Shown here in pieces: positions 35,585-44,979 of a DNA stretch of 44,979 bases. The notes under the pieces were generated by a model. That model worked only from the letters and a program-made list of their open reading frames with translations, did no database searches and had not been told where the DNA came from. How positions within the stretch are numbered: position 1 is the stretch's first letter; each line of letters begins with the position of its first letter. Location: the NCBI RefSeq assembly GCF_001194135.2, contig NC_068990.1, positions 87,268,503-87,313,481 of the forward strand, written 5' to 3'. This stretch comes from Octopus bimaculoides. Taxonomy: Eukaryota. Made by a program: the position numbers and the translations under genes.

Positions 35585-35614
<30 letters not shown>
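35585..35614. repeat. (CA)n microsatellite
   Basis: Direct reading. Confidence 0.95.
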
Positions 35615-35616
<2 letters not shown>

Positions 35617-37306
35617 CAATGTACATGTAATTAATCAACTAGTAACACATTACATGTGCATGTTATATTTAATTGGTTACTCATTTCACTTCAACTAAAT
35701 TTCTTTTCCTATTGCTGCAAAAGAAGTATAAGACTAGAATACCATTAGTACTGCCACATTTGCTGAAACTGAATCGTGGGAACTTGCTCTGGCTATATTC
35801 CTAGTAATAATTGCTGTTAATTTTCTCTTGGTATTTTAATTACAGTTTGGCTATTGTGGATTGTTTTTTTTTTTTTTTTCCTGGTTAAATATGAAACCAT
35901 AGTATGGTTTGTGGAGATATACCTAAGTTCTGTACTAACCTGTGTATCAAACGTTTTAGTTTCCATAATTTATTGGTGTATAAAGGTGTGTGTTTATATA
36001 TTCACACACACACAGGATACATCTATTTTTCCATGCTGGCGTAGATAGAATGGGTTATTGTGGTCTATGTAATTTGTGCAGGCAAGAACAGAAAAAAAAA
36101 ACCCAACCTGCTTTGGTGATGTGTATTTCTTTGTGTGGACTCAGTTTGGTTTATCATGTCACTGGCACTATGGAAATTATTTCATATGAAGCGGAGTAAA
36201 TAGTCCATGCTATTTATTCACTTTCAGTTCTTGAAAGTTACTCCCCTACTAGAGGGACAACCGTGTCATGCATCTTGCAAAGTTCACTTCCTATTCATTG
36301 TTGCTGAGTGGTAATTTGATTTGGCTTGGCATATTGGTCGTTTTTATTGTGTAGGTAGGTAGGGCCTGCAAAGTTATCCTGGGTGTGAGTGAGGCTGTCT
36401 CCAAGGCAGTTAGTAGATAGGCTTATCAATGAGTTATATGAAAGCTTTCATGTTTGGTGGCCAAGGCAGGTGGGTATTTATACTAAATCGGCATTGATAT
36501 GAAACGATCCTAACATTCTAACTTCTTTCTTTCTCTCTAAATGTGTGTGTGTTTGAATGATACAAACATAACTCACCTTGTATTTTTCTCGTATCCTTAA
36601 AAACATCCTCATTTATATAAAATTTCAGTAATTTTAATTTTTTTTATCTTTGAGTTGAAGTGAAGCAGTATGACTGTTTTAGCTATGAGACCATATTGAA
36701 AATAAGATGATACAAGGAGTTAATCAAAAGTCTCATATCACAACTAAAATAATTTACAACACTGGAGAGAAAAGCAACGATAGTCTGAGGTTGGCTCCAT
36801 GACGTAGGTAGTGAGAGATGGACATTTAGGTGCTGAATGGGGTCTGCTAAATATGGAGATAAAATGGTAGCAACAAATAAAACTTTGATTTTGCATTTTC
36901 TAAACTATTAAGTGTTTAAATGTCTACATTCTCCTACTTCTCCTGAATATTAGGCCTCTCAATACCAACCTACCTGAGACTGCCAATATTCATGTTGAAA
37001 TTAAAATCTCAATTGAAATGTCATAATTTCATGGATGAAAATGATATTTTGTTGTGTTGCCTTCATCCTTTATTGTTAAACACCATCCTCATTTATTTTC
37101 CAGTAAACACACGTTTTGGGTTATATTCCAAACACCACCCTAATAAAATATTGTTTTACTCCTGAATCCTTGGAAATTCTGTTTGCTTCAGTTAAATGTC
37201 ATCATAATTCAGAATTTTTGTACCGAAAAGTTTGAAACTCAATTTTTTGACAAAAATTCTTTGATTTCTTTAATACAAATTTGATCCTCCGTTTCTCTCT
37301 TCACAG

Positions 37307-37458
37307 CTGCCTTCCTGACTCAGACAGTTTGTCTTGATGATACTACAGTAAAGTTTGAAATTTGGGACACAGCTGGACAAGAACGATATCACAGTCTTGC
37401 TCCAATGTACTACAGAGGAGCCCAAGCTGCAATTGTGGTCTACGATATAACAAATCAG
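37307..37458 (+). CDS. RAB5: Rab5 coding exon 2 (152 nt)
   Basis: Acceptor TTCACAG; (A)[50 protein letters not shown] with G3 WDTAGQE; donor CAG|GTAAGC; the phase 1 join with exon 1 is in frame. Confidence 0.98.
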
Positions 37459-37974
37459 GTAAGCCTTCTTGTTATTATCAATGGCTTGTTGAAAAATTTC
37501 AGTTATTGCTGTGTAGCCCTGGACAGCCCTATTGTTGTTAATTGGCTCCTGGTCAGCTTTGATTGAGTCTTCTTATAACCTGTAGGGTGTCTGCAAAGTG
37601 ACCTGGTGTATTATATCTCTGCCTCTTTTATGGGACCAGAGATGCTGATTGGGCATGTTATATTCTCACCACTCTTCACTTTGTTTCTACACACTTTGCG
37701 ATTCTGGTAAACGAGATGGACTCTGCCAGAACAGTGTGGTAGCTGCTGCTGCTTCTCTACACTTACCATCTAGCGGTGTGCATTCCACCCAACACAATGA
37801 TTAGATCAGTTGGGGTTTGATGTTGCTGTTGCAGGAGAGATAGTGTTTCTGGGACAATGTTGAAGATGTCTTGGTGTTCAAGGATTAATTTTTCATGTAA
37901 TAGCTGGAATTGCAAGGATTTGAAGCTTGCTTCAGCAACAGTTGTGCATGTGTTTGTGGTATTTAAAAAACATC

Positions 37975-38077
37975 AACCCATGATTGCATGAGTCCACCTG
38001 ACCCATGCAAACATGGGAAAGTGGATGTTAAAACTATGGGGAGGATGATATTAACTGTGGTGATGATGATGATGATG
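37975..38077 (+). mobile_element. RTE-like tail remnant
   Basis: ACCCATGCAAACATGGGAAAGTGGATGTTAAA followed by (GAT)n. Confidence 0.55.
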
Positions 38078-38107
38078 GTCATCAGGTGCAGTCATCAAAC
38101 ACATATG

Positions 38108-38130
38108 TATAAGGTTGGTGCAAAAATAAT
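38108..38130 (+). mobile_element. Solo mariner-type terminal inverted repeat remnant
   Basis: TA+TAAGGTTGGTGCAAAAATAAT resembles the Hsmar1/Made1-type TIR (TTAGGTTGGTGCAAAAGTAAT, from memory); no partner TIR seen. Confidence 0.4.
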
Positions 38131-39399
38131 CAGTGTTAACCATCACCTTTAAAACAGTGTCCCTCTGTTTTATTAACCATAACCATCAGAATTTTTGCTC
38201 ATTTTTGGGAAGAGAAAGTCTGAGGGCTTGGTTTACAATTTCAAAATCAGTGGAAAGATGGTGAGACGGACTAGCTTTGCAGGTGTATTTTGCTGCCTGT
38301 CATTTCTAAATATTTATAATTTGTGTATAAATATATAACATCAACCACTTAACTGTGCCTATCTACATCATCATTTTACAGCCATTTTTCTATGCTTGCA
38401 TGGATTAGACAGGTCTTATCCAGCACAATTTTTCACCTTGTTTCTTATGCCCTCACTCTTAAGAATAATGCAGGTTACACAACACTATGGAAGATAGGTA
38501 TACGACGTGGGAATAGTGAACGGGTGAACAGCTAATTCAACAGTGCTTTCAGAATGCCTTCACCCGTAAGTGTCTTTAGATAATCTCAATGTTCCTCGAT
38601 AATTTTGTGAAGACATTAACACCAACTCTGAAAACCATCTGGATAAATTGTTTACAAAGCTATTATTTGTTCATTACTTCAGTGAGCCTGAGGATGATTT
38701 CCATAACATTTAATTGTAGGTGCTAGACAGGTGTTTTCATTTAGTCTGATGAAACCTATCCATGTCTTACGTTGACTCTTTTTATGGGTTAGTCAAAGAA
38801 GAAACAGCAATGCTCATGACACAATTTCCAAGATCTCTGTGACTGAAAGGAGGAATTTATCCTCAGAGTAGAGGCCAAAATGCTTGCAATGAAGTGTATT
38901 CAACTGAAAGCATGCAAAGGTCAGGTGGCAGTGCTAAATCAAGCAACAGATTAAATCTGTTATCCAAGAACAAGACCAGTCCTTCCAATCAGCTTCTACA
39001 ACTTCCATTTACCATATTTCACTTGCATAGCTTTTTCATAAACACTTAACTTTTTGTTGGCTCAAAGTTTTGTGTTTAATGTATAAACTAACAGAACTGT
39101 GAAAGAGTAGACTGCTCTGTCTTTGATATTCCCTTGTTTTATAAGTAAAGCATATCGGCTGATTGGTTGTTTTGGATGAGAGATGCTTTTGTGCATTACG
39201 TTGCCTGAAAGACCTACCTTCCCAACTACAGCAGAATCAGCCGGTCCTTTACCAAGATGATTTAAACCAGCTTGGTGGAATCCTCCAAAGCGTCACACCT
39301 TAACTCAAGTGCCTCAGACATTTGGAGAGGAAAAAAAAAAAAAACTCCTCCTTCACACTGTGTATAATTAATACTCCTTAACTCTCCATCTCCACAACC

Positions 39400-39800
39400 C
39401 CAGTTTCACTACAGTGGATAGACAATCTCCCACAGCATCCCTTCAAAAGGTGCACTTTTCAATGTACAATTAGCCCTAGTTTTTTTTAAAACAAATTTTG
39501 AACCCTTCCTCCTCCAAAAAGGGAACACCTCCAAACCTATTGCTCATATATCCAACATCTCAAAGGTGAATGAAATGGGTGTTAATGACCTCCCTCATCA
39601 CTTTGTCTCTTTTTCTCTCCAATCACCACCAGATCTATTAAAGATTTACTCTTCTGTGTCACTCATTAGTAATTGTTCACTCTTAAAAATTTTAAGTCAT
39701 TTAGTTGTACCTGATATCAGCAATTTCCCTTTGACATAAGAACTTCCTGGCTAAGTTGTCTTCTGTCTCTCATTTCTTGATCAGAAATCTCTTTGTCAAA
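39400..39800 (+). mobile_element. Highly degraded non-LTR retrotransposon reverse transcriptase remnant (CR1/L2/Jockey-like)
   Basis: Short in-frame pieces PIAHISNISKVNE (about 39536-39575; compare RPIxLxSxxSKVxE) and AISLDI (about 39720-39737; compare SLDISKAFD) occur in the expected order. Confidence 0.5.
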
Positions 39801-39907
39801 CTACACTATTTGCCAATAGAGTCTCTGTCCCACACACTTGCATACACCAAGGTTTGCTAATGTCTCCAACACCTTTCCTTCTCTATTGTAATGAGCTATT
39901 TAATATC

Positions 39908-39908
39908 T

Positions 39909-39953
<45 letters not shown>
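39908..39953. repeat. (TC)n microsatellite
   Basis: Direct reading. Confidence 0.95.
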
Positions 39954-39958
<5 letters not shown>

Positions 39959-40380
39959 CACTGATCTTGCATTGCCCATTGAACATGATGGAGAATTTCA
40001 AGTAATAAAATTAAAACAATTCTGTAAATATCCAAGACTGTAGACAAAGGACAATTATTTAAATTCAAATGCAATACATGGTTTTTATGAAAAATAATTG
40101 AGAATTTTGCATCACTTGCATCTTTCCACCCTGATCTATGAATATTTTGAAATTATTACTCAAGAAACAATTATTTCTGAGTTTGCCAAGAAATCTATTT
40201 CTTCTCAGATGTGGTGGTAGTATTTCATTGAAAAAGAACTTCTATTCTTCTAGTGAATATATGAAATGTTTCTATCCATGCTACTTATTGATTGTCATGT
40301 GTGTTTCTGTATGTAATTATCAGTGTCAATGTTAAGAAGTTCAGCAGTGACATATTATTCTCTTCTTTTTGTCTACACAG

Positions 40381-40503
40381 GATACTTTTAGTCGAGCTAA
40401 ATCTTGGGTAAAGGAATTGCAGCGACAAGCCAGTCCAAATATTGTTATAGCTTTAGCAGGGAACAAGGCTGATCTTGCAAACAAACGAATGGTAGAAAAT
40501 GAG
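40381..40503 (+). CDS. RAB5: Rab5 coding exon 3 (123 nt)
   Basis: Acceptor CTACACAG; [41 protein letters not shown] with G4 NKAD; donor GAG|GTAGGT. Confidence 0.98.
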
Positions 40504-40541
40504 GTAGGTTAAAGCATTTTCTACATAAGCTTTTTCTGGGG

Positions 40542-40868
40542 NNNNNNNNNNNNNNNNNNNNNNNNNNNNNNNNNNNNNNNNNNNNNNNNNNNNNNNNNNN
40601 NNNNNNNNNNNNNNNNNNNNNNNNNNNNNNNNNNNNNNNNNNNNNNNNNNNNNNNNNNNNNNNNNNNNNNNNNNNNNNNNNNNNNNNNNNNNNNNNNNNN
40701 NNNNNNNNNNNNNNNNNNNNNNNNNNNNNNNNNNNNNNNNNNNNNNNNNNNNNNNNNNNNNNNNNNNNNNNNNNNNNNNNNNNNNNNNNNNNNNNNNNNN
40801 NNNNNNNNNNNNNNNNNNNNNNNNNNNNNNNNNNNNNNNNNNNNNNNNNNNNNNNNNNNNNNNNNNNN
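40542..40868. other. Assembly gap (N)
   Basis: Run of N. Confidence 1.
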
Positions 40869-41173
40869 CCAACCTTGCCTTCCTGGCACGTGAAAAGACA
40901 TTCGAGCGTGGTTGTTGCCAGTGCAACCTGACTGGCTCCTGTACAGGTGGCACGTAAAATACACCATTTTGAGCATGGCTGTTGCCAGTACCGCCTTACT
41001 GGCCTTCATGCCGGTGGCACGTAAAAGCACCCACTACACTCTTGGAGTGGTTGGTGTTAGGAAGGGCATCCAGCTGTAGAAACTCTGGTTTAGTCATCTG
41101 GTCCACCTGTCCTCAGTCAAATCGTCCAACCCATGCTAGCATGGAAAGCGGACGTTAAACAATGAGGATGATG
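40869..41173 (+). mobile_element. RTE-like 3' end, relatively young copy
   Basis: Tandem GGCACGTAAAA units, GTGGTTGGTGTTAGGAAGGGCATCCAGCTGTAGAAAC and CCAACCCATGCTAGCATGGAAAGCGGACGTTAAAC; CpGs retained. Confidence 0.8.
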
Positions 41174-42374
41174 TGAATGAATAAGTATTACATTTCACAG
41201 AAAAATCTGAACACTAATGGGTTAAATTTATTTTCACTGCTACTGATGAAAGGCAAAAGACAGGACAGAGTTCTGTTACCTGGAAGCACTTTAGAGCAGT
41301 CAGACATAATTTGTCAGCATCTAAATCCAAGAGAATGTAAGTTCTGCCTTATATGGCTGTTTGCTTAAGAGGTTTGCTTTACAACCGATATAGCTCAGGG
41401 TTTGATCCCTCTGTGCAGCACTTTGTACAAGTGACTTTTCTTATGACCCTGGGTTCACTTAATTCTTTGAGAATGGAATTTTGTAAAGTGGGAAGCTGTG
41501 TGGTAATGTGTTGTATATTTGTTGTTGATGTATATCAGTAATGGATATAAGCAGCATCGGAAACACTGCAAAACTTGTGCTTTTCAAATGAAGGCCTTTG
41601 CAGTATTTGTTCTGCATCAAATTACAAACACTCTGATCAGTCTTGATATCAGAAATAGGGAGACTAAAATTAGCCTATTGGAAACCTCTAACAACATTAT
41701 CATGTATTCCAATTGCAATACAAATTTAAACAAAATTACAATCTTACTTGGAATGGGGACTGGTAAATTCATATCAGATAACACAAACATTTGCATAAAA
41801 AGAAAAATAAACTTTCATCATTAATAAGTCCATTGTTTGAATGGCAGCTTCCAATGTAGCCAACTCCTATCTTAGATGCTTGCAGATGAAACCATTTATG
41901 AGCTCAATCTCTCAGTATCCCATGTTATGTTTTGTGTGAGTGAGTGTAGGAAAGAAAAGTTCTTGTTAGTGTGTACAGTGGAGTATATTAATAATGATAT
42001 AAAAATTAGTCAAAAGCAAGGCAGGTACCTTTTCTTTATATTCAGGTATAAAAAGATTTTTTTTTTTAAAGGAAATTAACACAGATAGAAAAATGGATTT
42101 AAGCAATATTTTCCTTGGAAAAATCCATATTTTCATATCTGCATATAAAGAAAAGCTGCTTCCATTACTTTAATTCTTCTATCATTATTGATACAAACAC
42201 AGAGTTGAGATATTGAAACCTGTGCACTCTAGGCATGCCATTCTCAACTCATTTCTTTTATATATATATTCATAGTCCTGTTTCTCTCTGCTTATCACTG
42301 TGAGTGAGTGCATATTTAAAACATTGTAAGGCATACACTGGTGTCCTTTTGCAAGATTCAACTTTATATTACAG

Positions 42375-42468
42375 GAGGCACAAGCTTATGCAGATGAAAA
42401 TAGTTTGTTATTCATGGAAACATCGGCCAAAACTGCAATGAATGTCAATGAAATATTCCTTGCTATTG
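42375..42468 (+). CDS. RAB5: Rab5 coding exon 4 (94 nt)
   Basis: Acceptor TATTACAG; [31 protein letters not shown] with G5 ETSAK; donor TTG|GTAAGT. Confidence 0.98.
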
Positions 42469-42721
42469 GTAAGTAGATGACTCCTTTGATTTGTCAATTG
42501 TTATTTCGAATTCATTTTTATTTCAGTGTGGGTCTAAAACAAAAGTGTCAGACATAGATTGGCTCCCTTCCCATAGGACTATTTACCACTTCATACCATG
42601 AACTCCAGAATTAAACATTGGCTTTCAAATCTTTCATGTCTTAGACTTTGGTTAAGGCAGTCAGCTGGCTGAAATGGTAAAACATCAAACAAAACACTTT
42701 ATATATCTTTTTGTTCCTCAA

Positions 42722-42779
42722 CAAAAGGCGGTGCTCCAGCATGGCCGCAGTCAAATGACTGAAACAAGTAAAAGAGTAA
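42722..42779 (+). mobile_element. SINE family B 3' tail fragment
   Basis: GGCGGTGCTCCAGCATGGCCGCAGTCAAATGACTGAAACAAGTAAAAGAGTAA, shared with about 14200-14245. Confidence 0.7.
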
Positions 42780-43771
42780 CATTCCAAGGTCAAAACCTGC
42801 CACAATTGGTGTATTTTATTGATGCTGTTATTGGAACATGGGCCATAAAGTGGCAAATAAAATACCTTGCAGTATTATGTCCCTTTTTTGTGTTCAACTT
42901 TCCTTTTCAAACTTCAGAGATATTTGGGGTTCATGAAATATAGAACCAGTTACATATTTGGTTCAGTTAAATCTAGCTTCCCCCTACAAAATGTTTACTT
43001 GAAAAAAATTAAAAGTGCATTGCAGGGATATGATGTCAAGGACAAGTGTAAACTTAAAGTCATCTGTTGAATGATTCCCTTCATTAAATTCTGTCATTAT
43101 TGAATGTGCTCCAATTTTTCCTCAATACAAGTTTAAATATATCAAACAATTAAAGGTTGAATTTTAATAAACTGGTATTAGGCTTTGGAATTGCTTATCT
43201 CCCTTAGCTTTCATTTTTGTTAGTTTTTTTTTTTTTGCCTGGCTTTATACCAATTTACAAATTTTGGCCTTTTGATCATTCAGTATATTTGTTAGTATTG
43301 AAGGAAAACAAGGTAAATATTCAATAATGAGGAGTATATAAAGAAAATAATTATTCAATAAACTATTTAAGCTTTTGCTTATGTCTTTGATATATCCCAG
43401 CAATACATCAAAAAGGAAAAAGGTTTTCTTTTTAAGTAAACAGGTTACATATTTCTTTAATCACTTTTAAAACCTGAAAACAAATTGTTTTCAAAATTCA
43501 GAGTTTTGATGTTTTTTTACAATTATGGTATTTGTATTGTGAGTTTTTGGTTTTTACACACCTTCAATAGTTCTTCATTCATTTGAAATTTTACCTTCAC
43601 ATATTTTACTCCTATTATTCCTTGATTGTTATTTCTGCTAATTCATCAATGTAGGTAAGATTTCGGTTTTTTTTTTGTTTTTTTTCTTCTAAATCAGAAT
43701 TTATTTTAGTCATAGATTTCAGTGAAGCTAAACAAAAAAAAAAAAAATTATCAATTATCAATTATCATTAT

Positions 43772-43835
43772 AAATGGCGGTGCCCCAGCATGGCCACAGC
43801 TCATTAGCTGAAACTGGATTAAAAAAAAAAAAAAA
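43772..43835 (+). mobile_element. SINE 3' tail fragment with A-run
   Basis: GGCGGTGCCCCAGCATGGCCACAGCTC...GCTGAAACTGGATT followed by poly(A). Confidence 0.6.
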
Positions 43836-44336
43836 TGATAAAATGTATGAGATCCTCTCAAGCAATTTAAATTTTAAGGAAGCTAAAAGTAAAAATGCTC
43901 TGTTAGGTCTGGATAAACCTCTTTGAGTCTATGATCATGATGAGAATTAAGTCCTGTTCTTGTTCAGCCCAAAGTCAATCCTAATCAAACAAATTATCAA
44001 AGATGTCCCAGCCATGACTTTGTCTTTTTAGTGGTTTATAAGTTTACATTATCTACTTCCTGTGTTTAGGAAAGAAGTTTGATTTATGGTGACTACATTG
44101 GTTTTTCTCATTTGCTTGATACTTTTAATAATCTGATCTGTGTAGTTTGGTGTGTTTGTCTAAGAGGCACACTAAAATGGTAGCACTTAACAGGATCTTG
44201 GTGATTTCAAGAAAAAGAAATTTTATTATATTGATGTTAAAATCTGAAATGACTTCTATTAAAAAAAATTTTTTTTATTGCTAATTAACTCCTTAATTAT
44301 GCTTGTATCTAATGATAAAAAATATTATAATTTCAG

Positions 44337-44446
44337 CAAAGAAATTGCCAAAGAATGAGACTGGAGGTACTTCGCAACAGAGACAACAGGGACTGACGCT
44401 GAATAACGACCAAAACCAACAGACTAAGGTCGGATGCTGCAATTAA
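44337..44446 (+). CDS. RAB5: Rab5 coding exon 5 (110 nt including stop)
   Basis: Acceptor TTTCAG; (A)KKLPKNETGGTSQQRQQGLTLNNDQNQQTKVGCCN*: hypervariable tail with a di-cysteine geranylgeranylation motif; the five exons total 642 nt, in frame. Confidence 0.96.
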
Positions 44447-44979
44447 TGTAGTGTCACATTGTTGTTTGTATTGGTCAGTCAGTGGCTGAGAGCGAATGAA
44501 AGAGTGGACAAAGTTATGTGTGCGGGGGTAAAAAAAAAAAAAAAAATTATTAAAAAATGACGACTCAGCCAGCGAGTCACTCAAAAATGTCACTGCAATG
44601 GAAGACCTTTAATTAATTAATTAAAAAGAAGAAAAAAAGCAACAACACACACAAGAAAAAAATTATATACATACATATATATATATATATATACATATAT
44701 ATATGTATATATATAATTTAACAAATATAAAGCAAATGAGAAGAGTTGAACAGCAACACCACCACTACCAGTAACCACCACGTCCACCACCTTGTGGTCA
44801 TGTCATCAAAGCATTAGTTGGGGACTAAAATTGTATTTTTTACACATAACAGAAGAATGATAATATATGCTGCAGCCCTATCTGAAGAATGAAAGACACA
44901 GACAGAAAGACAACACTTAAAACATGGACAAAGTCTGGGGGGTTTTTTCCTCTTCTCTTCATTTTTTTTTTTTTTTTTT
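44447..44979 (+). other. RAB5: Rab5 3' UTR, probably continuing beyond the window
   Basis: Directly follows the stop; AT-rich with A-runs, TTAA repeats and (AT)n; only non-canonical ATTAAA hexamers seen (44549, 44620). Confidence 0.7.

Noticed and set aside
44704-44711. TGTATATA Pumilio-type element in the 3' UTR
   Set aside because: It lies within an (AT)n microsatellite, where the motif arises trivially.

Overview
AT-rich, repeat-dense eukaryotic genomic DNA with three assembly gaps. The repeat families look like those of coleoid cephalopods, probably Octopus (recognised from memory, not a database search). The only solidly supported host gene is a + strand Rab5 small GTPase: five coding exons at 28197-28359, 37307-37458, 40381-40503, 42375-42468 and 44337-44446, all introns GT-AG, 642 nt giving 213 aa ending in a CCN prenylation motif. 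The ORF track captures only the first exon. The rest is mostly intron or intergenic sequence. It holds a full-length dead mariner (D34D) element, a second mariner fragment, TTAA-flanked piggyBac-type MITEs, two tRNA-headed SINE families, many copies of a shared RTE-like 3' tail, LINE remnants, microsatellites and a 22-bp minisatellite. The most interesting non-coding signals are a minimal type I hammerhead ribozyme motif at 73-117 (plus a decayed one at about 9250), a 72-bp-arm fold-back in a Rab5 intron, inverted repeat pairs that could form dsRNA around or upstream of the ATG exon, a candidate 5' UTR exon that would create uORFs, and CpG decay consistent with gene-body methylation. I cannot demonstrate a wholly new biological system here; the RNA-structure findings are hypotheses to test.
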